A program made the position numbers and the translations under genes. Under the pieces are notes generated by a model. It saw only the letters and a program-made list of their open reading frames with translations, had not been told where the DNA came from and ran no database searches. A stretch of 64,000 nt of DNA from Chloroflexota bacterium. GTDB lineage: Bacteria > Chloroflexota > Anaerolineae > Aggregatilineales > Phototrophicaceae. Where the stretch lies: positions 6,165 through 70,164 of the forward strand of contig JACAER010000043.1 of assembly GCA_013388745.1 (NCBI GenBank), given 5' to 3'. Below are positions 1 to 8,642 of the stretch, in pieces. The stretch's first letter is position 1. Each line of letters begins with the position of its first letter.

Positions 1-161
1 CGCACCGATTCCTCTTGCAGCGTATCAGGCAGTTGGCCGATCACCAGCGTGTGTTCGCCGGCCTCCAGCATGATTCTGCCGCGCCGTGTAATGCGCGCCA
101 GGTTGATGAACACCGTCACAGCACCGATCGGGGCTTCCAGTGGGGTCGCAGGCATAGGCAT
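1..161 (-). CDS. DUF4139/DUF4140-family protein, N-terminal fragment (gene runs off the left edge)
   Basis: Minus-strand ATG at 161 (second ATG at 155) lies just downstream of AAGGA. It reads MPMPATPLEAPIGAVTVFINLARITRRGRIMLEAGEHTLVIGQLPDTLQEESVR. This fits the DUF4140 N-terminal pattern as I remember it (VTVY..A.V.R.g..L..G...l.i.gLP..l...S). It is absent from the ORF track because the window edge truncates it. Confidence 0.45.
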   Translation of the reverse strand, partial: MPMPATPLEAPIGAVTVFINLARITRRGRIMLEAGEHTLVIGQLPDTLQEESV

Positions 162-232
162 ATCCTTTAGCATGTTGCACTCCCCCTATTGTAGCGGAAA
201 TCACAGCAGGCGTTTGCCGCGCTAAATGCCGA

Positions 233-261
233 TAGACTTTCGCCGCCAATAATGCTAAAAT
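233..261 (+). promoter_or_regulatory. candidate sigma70-type promoter of the tRNA Pro-Gly-Met cluster
   Basis: TAGACT (233-238), 17-nt spacer, TAAAAT (256-261). The first tRNA starts at 275. Confidence 0.4.
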
Positions 262-274
262 AGGTGCGTTGTTT

Positions 275-347
275 CGGGGCGTAGCGCAGTTGGCAGCGCG
301 CCGTGTTTGGGACGCGGAGGTCATGGGTTCAAATCCCGTCGCCCCGA
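275..347 (+). tRNA. tRNA-Pro (anticodon TGG)
   Basis: Manual cloverleaf. Acceptor CGGGGCG/CGCCCCG, anticodon stem CCGTG/CGCGG, loop TTTGGGA, T-loop TTCAAAT, discriminator A. Confidence 0.9.
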
Positions 348-351
348 CTGT

Positions 352-422
352 GCGGGTATGGTGTAGCGGTAACACAACAGCCTTCCAAGCTGTTTTCACG
401 GGTTCGAATCCCGTTGCCCGCT
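352..422 (+). tRNA. tRNA-Gly (anticodon TCC)
   Basis: Manual cloverleaf. Acceptor GCGGGTA/TGCCCGC, anticodon stem ACAGC/GCTGT, loop CTTCCAA, T-arm ACGGG TTCGAAT CCCGT. Confidence 0.9.
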
Positions 423-430
423 TTTAAATG

Positions 431-502
431 GGGTCCATAGCTCAACGGCAGAGCGGCTTGCTCATAACGAGTTGGTTACAGGTTCGAATCCTGTTGGACC
501 CA
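431..502 (+). tRNA. tRNA with CAT anticodon (elongator Met type; lysidine-modified Ile not excluded)
   Basis: Manual cloverleaf. Acceptor GGGTCCA/TGGACCC, anticodon loop CTCATAA, T-arm ACAGG TTCGAAT CCTGT. It lacks the three consecutive G-C pairs in the anticodon stem and the 1:72 mismatch typical of initiator tRNA. Confidence 0.85.
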
Positions 503-656
503 TAACGTTATCTTCACAGCCCGTCTCTTCGCTTTCGCGCATCTGTTTCTAAGCAGGTTATAGCAGACAGCGTGCCCCTATTGCAGAGCGCAGAAAAAAC
601 GCTTCGTGCTTCCCTTGCGGCCTGTGCAACCCAATCTGCTGTAAAAGACCTCACGC

Positions 657-1427
657 TCACAGCGCCGCCGCAAACAAAATGCGCTGGAAGCTGTAAAACA
701 CCGGCTCCTCCGGCATTTTCTCGCGCAGCCGCTCCGTATACATCCGCAGGAATGCCTCTGCCGTCTCCGCGTCCAACCGCTCCAGGTAGGGCAGCAGCGC
801 CGTGCTGCGCGTGAACTCTACGATCTCCTGCGCGTTCGCCAGCACCTGCGGGTACACCTTTTCGTACACTGTGATCTCGCCACAGCCGGCCCTGAACAGC
901 AGCGTGGCATAAGAGTCGATCCCCAGCACCGGCGACAGCCGCACATAGCCCCCCAGCGCGCTGGCGAAGGGCTCTTCCCGCGCCACCTGCCGCAGCAGTT
1001 GATGCGCGATATGCTCATGATTCGACGGCATTTGCACGGCGATCTGCCCGCCCGCCCGCACCTTGCGCAGCAGGCGCGGCAGCAGGCGTGGGTGGTCTTC
1101 TACCCAGTGCAGCGCCGCGTGCGAAAACAGCACGTCCCATGTCCCGTCCGCCGTGTTTTCCACAAAATCCTCGATCGTGCCCTGCTCAAAACGCAGCCCC
1201 ATGCGTGCCAGCGGCGCCGCCCGCGCCAGCATTTGCGGCGAACTATCGATTCCTACGACGCTGCTCCCCGGCAGCTTATCGGCCAGCCGCGCCGTCAGTT
1301 CGCCCGTGCCGCAGCCCAGATCGACCACGTGCAGCCCTTCGCGCACAGACAGCAGCGCGCACAAATCCTCGAAAGGCGCTGCCCTCGCCGTCTGAAATTT
1401 ATGATACAGATCGGGATTCCAGGGCAT
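657..1427 (-). CDS. tam: trans-aconitate 2-methyltransferase-like SAM-dependent methyltransferase
   Basis: 256-aa ORF. N-terminus MPWNPDLYHKFQTARAAPFEDL followed by the SAM motif VVDLGCGTGELT matches the Tam family pattern. Confidence 0.8.
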   Translation of the reverse strand: MPWNPDLYHKFQTARAAPFEDLCALLSVREGLHVVDLGCGTGELTARLADKLPGSSVVGIDSSPQMLARAAPLARMGLRFEQGTIEDFVENTADGTWDVLFSHAALHWVEDHPRLLPRLLRKVRAGGQIAVQMPSNHEHIAHQLLRQVAREEPFASALGGYVRLSPVLGIDSYATLLFRAGCGEITVYEKVYPQVLANAQEIVEFTRSTALLPYLERLDAETAEAFLRMYTERLREKMPEEPVFYSFQRILFAAAL

Positions 1428-1442
1428 GATGCGTCCTTTCAG

Positions 1443-2216
1443 CTAGGCGGCTGCGCCGGGCGGATAAAAGGCTTTGGCGTGAAAGCTGGTGGGTACCTCT
1501 ACTGGCGCGTGTAAATCGGCGAACTTCTCCTGCAAAGCGGTTTGCAGGGCAGCCGCCGCGGCAGCCAGCGCGGCATCGCTCAAGCGCCAGGTGCGCGACC
1601 ACACCCGTTGACGCATATTATCCACGATCTCGACCGGCTTTTGCAGGCGCGTGAAGGCGCAAATCTGCTCGTCGCCGGCGCGCCAGCCCGCTTCTTCCAA
1701 AAATGTCGTACCGCGCGCCCCGACGGCATCGGCGCGCCCGTGCTCGTCCCCCAGCGCTGCCTTGAGCGTGGCTTCGATGTCGATGACCTGATCGTTGTGA
1801 TTCCAACAATGGATTAAGCAGCCTGCCGGCAGCAGCACGCGCCGTAATTCTTCCAGCACGGCGCGCCAGCCGGGGATCAGGTGAAACACATGCACCGCCA
1901 CCACCGCATGAAAACGGTCAGCCGCGAAGGGCAGCCGTGTGGCGTCTGCCTGCGCCAGGCGGACGCGCCCCGCGCCGTCTTTTTCCTGCAAACGGCGCAT
2001 CATGGAGGTGGAAATATCGACGCCGACGTACTGGCGTACATGCGCCGCCAGCGGCAGGGCGATGCGCCCCGTCCCCACGCCGATTTCCAGCAGGCGTTCG
2101 CCACCGCGCAGACCGCCGGCGCTGGCGATCGTCTGCGCTGCCAGCGCTTCGACTCCCGCCGGGAAACCGCGTGTCGCGTCATAAATATCTGCCGCGCGAT
2201 CAAATGAGATGGACAT
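1443..2216 (-). CDS. class I SAM-dependent methyltransferase
   Basis: 257-aa ORF with motif I LLEIGVGTGRIALPLA and post-I VGVDIS. It lies 15 nt downstream of the previous methyltransferase gene. Confidence 0.85.
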   Translation of the reverse strand: MSISFDRAADIYDATRGFPAGVEALAAQTIASAGGLRGGERLLEIGVGTGRIALPLAAHVRQYVGVDISTSMMRRLQEKDGAGRVRLAQADATRLPFAADRFHAVVAVHVFHLIPGWRAVLEELRRVLLPAGCLIHCWNHNDQVIDIEATLKAALGDEHGRADAVGARGTTFLEEAGWRAGDEQICAFTRLQKPVEIVDNMRQRVWSRTWRLSDAALAAAAAALQTALQEKFADLHAPVEVPTSFHAKAFYPPGAAA

Positions 2217-2429
2217 ATATCGCTTTCGTATATTGAGCTGCTGTCGTCGCTCATTATCGCGCCTTTTGTGTTAAAACGACATTGCGTTTTACCACGCAAA
2301 AGCTGCCGAACAATATCCTGAACCGCGCGCTCTGTGGGGTCGCTGCGCGCTGCGCGTGCGATGGAAGAAATGAACCCCGAAATCAGGGACGCGCGCAGCG
2401 TCGCAGGGCACAGCTTTTAAGTCAGCGTG

Positions 2430-2579
2430 TCAGCGCTCCTCGTCCAACAACTGACGCAGCGTTTGCTCGTCCTTGCGCAGCGCCCGGTAGCGCCAGAGCA
2501 TACTGCCCACCAGCGCCCCCATCAGGCCGAACGTTACCAACAAACCGAGCACCAGATAAGCGGTTGTATCGGGTGTCAT
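2430..2579 (-). CDS. ccmD: small single-pass membrane protein, CcmD-like (heme exporter subunit D candidate)
   Basis: Unlisted 49-codon ORF MTPDTTAYLVLGLLVTFGLMGALVGSMLWRYRALRKDEQTLRQLLDEER. It starts 2 nt after the ccmC stop and has one hydrophobic helix plus a charged tail, as expected for CcmD. The assignment rests on position and architecture only. Confidence 0.5.
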   Translation of the reverse strand: MTPDTTAYLVLGLLVTFGLMGALVGSMLWRYRALRKDEQTLRQLLDEER

Positions 2580-2581
2580 GG

Positions 2582-3325
2582 CTATTTTTCCCCCAGCCGC
2601 GCCTTGAGCGCTTCAACGCGCTCCTGAACGCTTTCCAGCCGCACCCGCCACCACATCAGTGTGACGGGAATCAGCAGGCCCCACACGGGCAGGTTGCCCA
2701 TCAGCGCCGTCAGCATTGACGACGTGAGGCCAAAGCCGCCCTCGGCGTTTTGCGGGCTGCTGCCGATCACCGCCGGATGAATGGTATCGGGGCGGATGCG
2801 GATAATGACCAGCGTCATAATGACTGTTGTGATCGCCAGAATGCCGTAAACCGAAGCGAAACGCCGCCGCTGGTCGGGGTTTTCGATGCCCGCCCGCAGC
2901 ATGAGATAGGCCATATAGGTCAGCGCCATGATGGCCGCCGACGTTAAGCGCGGATCCCACGTCCACCATGTATTCCAGATGGGGCGCGCCCAGATCGAGC
3001 CGGTTGCCAGATTGACCACCGCCAGCGCCAGCCCGGTTTCCACGCCGGCCAGGGCCAGCGTGTCCCATTTGGCCTGGCGCGTGCGCAGATAGGCCAGTCC
3101 GCCGAAAACGGTGGTGCCGAAGGCCACGAACGCGCCGAAAAAGGCCGGCATATGAATGTAAAAAATGCGCTGGATATGCCCCTGCTGGTCATCTGTGCCG
3201 GCGTACAGCAGGCCGAGCAGCAGCCCGCCGAGGGTCGCCAGCAGCGTGACCAGCGTCAGCGCTGCCAGCGCGCGCGGAATCGTTGTGCTGGTTGTCTTTG
3301 TTGGGGTCAGGGTTTTTGTCGCCAC
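2582..3325 (-). CDS. ccmC: heme exporter protein CcmC (cytochrome c maturation, System I)
   Basis: 247-aa polytopic ORF with the tryptophan-rich WWD-type motif WARPIWNTWWTWDPRLT and flanking His residues. It sits in a cluster with ccmA/B/E. Confidence 0.85.
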   Translation of the reverse strand: MATKTLTPTKTTSTTIPRALAALTLVTLLATLGGLLLGLLYAGTDDQQGHIQRIFYIHMPAFFGAFVAFGTTVFGGLAYLRTRQAKWDTLALAGVETGLALAVVNLATGSIWARPIWNTWWTWDPRLTSAAIMALTYMAYLMLRAGIENPDQRRRFASVYGILAITTVIMTLVIIRIRPDTIHPAVIGSSPQNAEGGFGLTSSMLTALMGNLPVWGLLIPVTLMWWRVRLESVQERVEALKARLGEK

Positions 3326-3430
3326 GGTATGCGCCTCAATGCCTGAACAATTTAGAAGCCGAAATTATACGGGAAGGCGCGCGCGGAGGCAAATTCTCGG
3401 CGAATCTATAAAAATCTGTAGAAACGTGCG

Positions 3431-5056
3431 TTAGGGCGCCGCCGTGACCGCATACAGCGCCAATTCGCTGTTGGCGAAAACCAGGCGCAGCGCGGGTAGA
3501 GTCACGGCCTGCTGTGCCGGCAGCAGCACGTACTGCACCTGATAAGGCGCGGCCAGCGCCCGAAAGCCCACCGTATCGCCCGCCGTGATCAGTCCCAACA
3601 GCGCGGTACGGTCGGCGTCGCGCGCCAGCCAATCGACATAGGGGTTTGACCAGAAAATGCCGATGCAAACCAGTTTGCGCCCGCTGGGGCCGACTACCGG
3701 CAGATCAAGGCCATCCGGCGCGAGGAACACGGCCTCCGGCGGCGTGTTGGCGCGTATCCAGTCGGTCATCTGGATGCGCTCATCAGTCGTCCACTGGTCG
3801 GCAGGGCGGCGCAGTTCGCGTTTGCTGTCGAAGGCCGGCGCGCCCTGAGCCACCAGCACAGCCAAAGCCAGCGCCGCCAGCGTATAGGCTGGGCGCATGT
3901 GGGCGTTTTCGTGCGTGAGCACTTTCCAGCGCCGTGTGGCAAAACGCGCCGTAAGCCGCGCCAGCGCCCACAGGCCGACGCCGGCCAGCGCAAACTTGAG
4001 AATCTCCAGATAAAAATAGAAGTGAAGCGAGGGAATCACGCGCGGCAGAGCGGAGTTGATCTGCGCGGCGTAGCTGTAGACCAGCCACAGCAGGCAGGAC
4101 AGCAGCCACAAATACAGCGGCGCGCGCGTTTGTGGCGGCTGCGCCCACAGCGCGGCCAGCCCTACCAGCGCGAGCGCCGTCAGCGGGTTGAGCTGCGCTT
4201 GCAGGAGCGCGCCGAAATTTTCGGGGTAGAGCAGGGGCACTGTCCAGCTATTGGGAAAATTGTTGAGCACGCGCAGACCGTAGTGCCCGACAATCGACCA
4301 GGTATAAGGCAGGCTGACCAGCAGCGCCGCCGCGACAAGCACGATGTAATCGCGCAGTGCGTTTTTGACGTTTTTCCGCCAGAACAGCGTCCACAGCAGA
4401 TGCAGCGTGAGCAGTGTGCCGAAAAGCAGCGCCGGCGCGGTGTGCCCCAAAAAGGTCAGCCCCAGCAGGAGACCGGTGAGCGCGGCATACGGCCAGCGCC
4501 CGTTTTCCAGCAGCGCGCGCCAGGCCAGCAGCGTCAGCAAAAAAAGCGGCACGCTGCTGCGCGAGGCGACGAAAGCGGCAGTGTAGGCGTTCCAGCCGAC
4601 AGCGCTTTCCAGATAAAAATCCAGGAAGAGCAGCGCCGCTGCGGCCAGCAGCCCGACGATGCGGCGAAAAAAACGCGCCAGCAGGATATAGAGCACAATC
4701 GGCAGCAGTATGTTGACGTAGGGGCCAAGCTGCGTGTAGACGACGTTCAGCGGGGCAGACGCAAACAGGCTGACGAACGCGCCCAGCGTGGGCAGCAGCG
4801 GGTTATACCACAGCGTTTCGCCCAGATAGGCCGCGTCCTGGCCGAAGGCGCCGTCACGGATGCTCTGCGCCGCGCCGATGTCACGGTAGAGGTCGATGTT
4901 TTCGGGGTATTGCAGTCCCCAGACAGCCTGCGTGCCGCGCCACAGGGCAAACGCGCACAGCAGCGCCAGCAGCGCGTCCTGTGCCCACGCCCAGCGGCGC
5001 GTGTTCACAAACGATGTGCCCGGCGCGGCGCTGTCGCTGGTGTGCGGGCGAGTCAT
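3431..5056 (-). CDS. polytopic membrane protein with C-terminal soluble domain (GT-C glycosyltransferase-like architecture; function unknown)
   Basis: 541-aa ORF with about 11-13 hydrophobic segments and a C-terminal domain of about 130 aa. The first loop carries YRDIGAAQSIRDG..DAAYLGETLWYNPLLP. It has no WWD heme-handling motif, so it is not CcmF. It sits between ccmB and ccmC. Confidence 0.7.
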   Translation of the reverse strand: MTRPHTSDSAAPGTSFVNTRRWAWAQDALLALLCAFALWRGTQAVWGLQYPENIDLYRDIGAAQSIRDGAFGQDAAYLGETLWYNPLLPTLGAFVSLFASAPLNVVYTQLGPYVNILLPIVLYILLARFFRRIVGLLAAAALLFLDFYLESAVGWNAYTAAFVASRSSVPLFLLTLLAWRALLENGRWPYAALTGLLLGLTFLGHTAPALLFGTLLTLHLLWTLFWRKNVKNALRDYIVLVAAALLVSLPYTWSIVGHYGLRVLNNFPNSWTVPLLYPENFGALLQAQLNPLTALALVGLAALWAQPPQTRAPLYLWLLSCLLWLVYSYAAQINSALPRVIPSLHFYFYLEILKFALAGVGLWALARLTARFATRRWKVLTHENAHMRPAYTLAALALAVLVAQGAPAFDSKRELRRPADQWTTDERIQMTDWIRANTPPEAVFLAPDGLDLPVVGPSGRKLVCIGIFWSNPYVDWLARDADRTALLGLITAGDTVGFRALAAPYQVQYVLLPAQQAVTLPALRLVFANSELALYAVTAAP

Positions 5057-5105
5057 CGTGCGCCCCTAGGCTGAAAACAAATCCTGAAACAGGCGTGCGC
5101 GGTCA

Positions 5106-5786
5106 TTATTCCTCGATGACGAAGCTGAACAGCAGGTAGCACAGCACCATATAGATCAGATCGACGGCGGCCAGAATTTGCGGCCAGGTGACCCAATCGT
5201 TGAGCGGGGCAGCGCGCAAAATAGCGGTGGAAGCGTTGACCGCCGCCAGCAGCACCGGCAGCGCCACCGGCAGCAGCACGATCGGCAGCAGCGATTCGCG
5301 TGTGCGCGTTTGTACGGTCATCGCCGCCAGCAGCGTGCCGCAGGTCGAAAAACCCAGCGTGCCCAGAAACAGAATCAGCAGCAGCCAGCCTTGCAGCAGC
5401 GGCGCGTTATACAGCACGGCCATCAGCGGCAGCAGCAGCAGCCCAACGGTCAGCGCGAAGATAAAATTGCCGAGCAGCTTGCCGAAAAAAACGGCGGCGC
5501 GTTCCACCGGCGCCAGCAGCATCGCGTCGAGATTGCCCGCATCGCGTTCGGCGGCCAGGCTGCGGTTCAGCCCCAAAACGCTGGCGAAAATGACGGTCAC
5601 CCACAGCACGCCGCTGATCGCTTCCTGGCGCGCCAGCCGGTCGAGTTCCAGCGCGAAACTGAACACGAGCACGCTTAGGAGCGCGAACATCAGCATCGAA
5701 CTCACCAGTTCGCGGCTGCGCAGTTCGGCCTGTAAATCCTTGCGCACAATCGCCAGCACCACCTGAAAAAAAGGTGTTTTCATCAC
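5106..5786 (-). CDS. ccmB: heme exporter protein CcmB (ABC permease)
   Basis: 226-aa, 6-TM ORF. The N-terminus FFQVVLAIVRKDLQAELRSRE is typical of CcmB. It lies immediately downstream of ccmA. Confidence 0.85.
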   Translation of the reverse strand: MMKTPFFQVVLAIVRKDLQAELRSRELVSSMLMFALLSVLVFSFALELDRLARQEAISGVLWVTVIFASVLGLNRSLAAERDAGNLDAMLLAPVERAAVFFGKLLGNFIFALTVGLLLLPLMAVLYNAPLLQGWLLLILFLGTLGFSTCGTLLAAMTVQTRTRESLLPIVLLPVALPVLLAAVNASTAILRAAPLNDWVTWPQILAAVDLIYMVLCYLLFSFVIEE

Positions 5787-5792
5787 AATGAT

Positions 5793-6503
5793 TTAACCCG
5801 TTACCTGCGCATACTGCGCCGCCAAGCGTTCGCCGTCAAAACCTGCTGTGGGCGCGTCATAGACCGCCGTGCCGCGCGCCAGAATCAGCACGCGCGTCGA
5901 GAGCGCGGCGGCGCGTTCCAGTTCGTGCGTCGCCATCAGCACGGTGCGCCCTTCGGCGTGCGCGGCGCGCAGCAGCGTATCCAGCATTTCCGAACCGCTG
6001 CGGTCAAGCCCAGTGTGCGGCTCATCCAAAAGCAGAATATCAGGGGCGTGCAAAAGCGCGCGCGCGATACTCAAGCGCTGCAACATGCCGCGCGAATAGG
6101 TGCGCACCAGGTCTTCGGCGCGGCGCGCCAGCCCGACCTGTTCCAGCAGCGCGTTGATGCGCGCTTCGGCTTTGTCGCGCGGGAGATGATAGAGCGCGGC
6201 GAAAAAACGCAGATTCTCGCGCGCTGTGAGCGTGTCATAGAGCAGCGCTTTGTGGCTGACAACGCCGATTTGCGCGCGCACCGCATCGGCTTCGCGCGGC
6301 ATCTCCCAACCGCCGATCACCAGGCTGCCGGCGCTGGCGCGGCTCAGCCCGGTCAGCAGGCGCAAAAAAGTGGATTTGCCGCTGCCGTTGGGACCCAGCA
6401 GCGCTACAAATTGGCCCGCCGCGATACTTACATCGAGCTTGCGCAGCGCGAACGTCAGGCCGTAGGTTTTGCTGAGGGCGACGGCAGTGATAATGGCGGT
6501 CAT
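5793..6503 (-). CDS. ccmA: heme ABC exporter ATP-binding protein CcmA
   Basis: 236 aa. Walker A GPNGSGKST, signature YSRGMLQRLSIA, Walker B ILLLDEP. The start overlaps the upstream stop (ATGA). Confidence 0.9.
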   Translation of the reverse strand: MTAIITAVALSKTYGLTFALRKLDVSIAAGQFVALLGPNGSGKSTFLRLLTGLSRASAGSLVIGGWEMPREADAVRAQIGVVSHKALLYDTLTARENLRFFAALYHLPRDKAEARINALLEQVGLARRAEDLVRTYSRGMLQRLSIARALLHAPDILLLDEPHTGLDRSGSEMLDTLLRAAHAEGRTVLMATHELERAAALSTRVLILARGTAVYDAPTAGFDGERLAAQYAQVTG

Positions 6504-8308
6504 TCGGGTTTTTCCATCAGTTCGGCCAGCCGCGCTTTGAGCGCGGCGCGGCGCTGCTGATACAGGTCGTGGTTAATTTCGCCTTTATCATGCTGCTCGT
6601 CGAGTGCCGCGATCTGGCGCACCAGCGTGTCGATCAGCTTGTCTTTGTCCTGAACAACCGCTGGCGTCGGAACGCGGCGCAGCGTGCGCTGGCGCAGCAC
6701 GATAAAGATCATCAGCGCCAGCACCACCAGCGCCGTAAATGTCACCAGCAGCAGCACGACATTGTTGGCCGGCACGACGGCTGCCGGCAGGCGCAGCGCC
6801 CCGTTCAGGTCAAAACGCAGGGCCGCGCGCGGGTTCAGAGTCAGCGTTGCGCCGAAGCTCTCGAAGGCGTTGCTGCCGATCATCTGCGGCCCCAGCGGCG
6901 CAAGCTGCGCGCTTTGCAGCGTCAGCCCGCTGCCACTGCGCAGCAGCACGCGCACCGCGCCATCCAGCGCATAGTTGAAGGGCTGTTCGATGATCGCGCC
7001 GCCGCTGTCGTAAGGCACGAAGTAGACGATCTGCACCAGATGCTCGTCGTCCGGCAGCACGGGCAGCGTATCGATCACTGTATACTGCTCTTGCAGCACG
7101 ACATAGCGTTCCTGCCCCTGCATACCCAGAACGGCGGCGCCGGGCGGTAGTTCGACGACGAGGGAAACGAAACCGCTCGCGCCTACGCTCAGATTCGTGG
7201 AAAAGAGGCGGTCAGAGGTATTGCGGAAGCGGATCACCTGCAAGAATTCCAGACCGTCGCCTGTCGCGCTGGGGCTGACCTGAAGCACGGTGCCGACGAT
7301 GCGGATGACAGAGACATCGTCGGTGGACTCATAGATTGTGATGGGCAGATGGAGCGTCGTGGTGGCGGCGGTGGCCTGCGCCGGTGTGCTGGCGAAGACC
7401 CGTTCCTGATAAGGCACGCTGGCAAAATAATTCGCGCCGTCCTCAAAAGGCACATCGCTGAAGACAAAACTGCCGTCGGCGCTGATAGGCGCCAAAAACA
7501 ACCGTTCGGTGGTCAGATCGGCGTTGATAAAGTGCAGCGTGACCTGCGTATCGGCAGGGACAGTGCCGCCCGCCGTGCCGTTGGCGACGCGCCCGGTGAT
7601 CGTGCCCGGCGCGCCCACGACTTCCGGCGTTGTGATGGGCGGCGCGATTGTCTGGCCGATGGCGTCGGCGCGGCGCAGCGTCAGCGTGCGCGCGTACTGC
7701 GCCACCGCCGTTTGTTCCGCCGCACCGAGCGCCGCGAAAGCCGGCGATTCCTGCGCGAGAAGGGCGCGCAGGGCGGAGTCGCTGGTTTCGGCCATCAGGG
7801 CGCTGTCGCTGAGCGTGGGGTTGAGGCGCTGCCAATCGCTGCTGAGCGCGCTGCTGCTTTCGACCAGCGCGCGTCCGGCTTCGACGCTGTCATAGTGCAG
7901 GGTATAGGTGAACAGCGCCACATCCCAGCGTTCCTGCGCGTCGAGAATCGCGCCCCAGGGCGGCATCAGGTTTTCCATGCGCCCTTCGGTAATGGTGCTA
8001 AACCAGGCGCGCGGAGTCTGGTCGTCGGCTGTCGCGGCGACGTTAAAAATGCCGGGATTTTGGATCGCGCCGCTGAGCACCGATTCGCCGTCGCCCGCGC
8101 CGCTGATGCCATGACAGGCCGTGCAGTTGGCGGCGTACAGGCGCGCGCCGTTGGCGATGTCCGGCGCGGCGGGCGGGAACAGGCTTTGCGGCGGCAGGGG
8201 CGTCAGCGTGCTGACAATCACGGGATCGCCCGCTAGCCCGTCGCAGGCCGTCAGCAAAAGCGTCAGCGCGGCAAAAGCAGTCTGCAAAACAAGGCGTCGT
8301 AGGGTCAT
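6500..8308 (-). CDS. membrane-anchored mono-heme c-type cytochrome lipoprotein with large beta-rich domain and C-terminal TM plus coiled-coil tail
   Basis: 602 aa. Lipobox LLLTAC, a single CXXCH (NCTACHG), a carboxypeptidase-regulatory-like stretch (GTITGRVANGTAGG), a C-terminal TM (VVLLLVTFTALVVLALMIFIVL) and the tail LDEQHDKGEINHDLYQQRRAALKARL. It overlaps both neighbours by 4 nt. Confidence 0.8.
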   Translation of the reverse strand: MTLRRLVLQTAFAALTLLLTACDGLAGDPVIVSTLTPLPPQSLFPPAAPDIANGARLYAANCTACHGISGAGDGESVLSGAIQNPGIFNVAATADDQTPRAWFSTITEGRMENLMPPWGAILDAQERWDVALFTYTLHYDSVEAGRALVESSSALSSDWQRLNPTLSDSALMAETSDSALRALLAQESPAFAALGAAEQTAVAQYARTLTLRRADAIGQTIAPPITTPEVVGAPGTITGRVANGTAGGTVPADTQVTLHFINADLTTERLFLAPISADGSFVFSDVPFEDGANYFASVPYQERVFASTPAQATAATTTLHLPITIYESTDDVSVIRIVGTVLQVSPSATGDGLEFLQVIRFRNTSDRLFSTNLSVGASGFVSLVVELPPGAAVLGMQGQERYVVLQEQYTVIDTLPVLPDDEHLVQIVYFVPYDSGGAIIEQPFNYALDGAVRVLLRSGSGLTLQSAQLAPLGPQMIGSNAFESFGATLTLNPRAALRFDLNGALRLPAAVVPANNVVLLLVTFTALVVLALMIFIVLRQRTLRRVPTPAVVQDKDKLIDTLVRQIAALDEQHDKGEINHDLYQQRRAALKARLAELMEKPE

Positions 8309-8640
8309 AATTTGTCTTCGAGCAGCGAGGACACCTGCTGTGCATCGACAAACCCGCCGCTAAAGGTAAAGACTTCGATAGTTTGCTGGCCTTGCAGGAT
8401 GCCGGTTGCCAGCAGATGCTGCACGGTCTGTGTATACGCGGGCGCGTGCTGGAGCTGGTCGATGGCCGCCTGGTCGCGCCACAGGCTGAGCGTGATCCAG
8501 ACATCATCGGCGTAGGCGAACAGGACTCCCATACAGCCGGGCTGGCGGCGGAACGTGGGCAGGGATTGGGTCTGCGCGAAGTGTTCCAGTTCCGCCAGGC
8601 GCTTGCGATCGTAGTGTGTTCGCCAGAGACGCGCCAGCAT
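8305..8640 (-). CDS. ABM/dimeric alpha-beta-barrel family protein (antibiotic biosynthesis monooxygenase-like)
   Basis: 111-aa ORF, translationally coupled (4-nt overlap downstream, 2-nt gap upstream). Size and the pattern LSLWRDQAAIDQL fit ABM-fold proteins. Family assignment is tentative. Confidence 0.6.
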   Translation of the reverse strand: MLARLWRTHYDRKRLAELEHFAQTQSLPTFRRQPGCMGVLFAYADDVWITLSLWRDQAAIDQLQHAPAYTQTVQHLLATGILQGQQTIEVFTFSGGFVDAQQVSSLLEDKL

Positions 8641-8642
8641 GG

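Noticed and set aside
25-399. 124-aa minus-strand ORF
   Set aside because: It runs antisense through tRNA-Pro and tRNA-Gly and has Arg/Ala/Thr-rich composition. A different minus frame (1..161) carries the plausible DUF4140-like start.
2338-2405. Inverted repeat CGCTGCGCGC ... GCGCGCAGCG downstream of ccmD
   Set aside because: The loop is about 40 nt and no U-tract follows on the relevant strand. In GC-rich DNA such 10-mers can occur by chance, so it is not called as a terminator.
3899-5074. 391-aa plus-strand ORF antisense to the 541-aa membrane protein
   Set aside because: Arg/Gln/Gly-rich low-complexity translation typical of antisense frames in GC-rich DNA. The opposite strand encodes a coherent polytopic protein.
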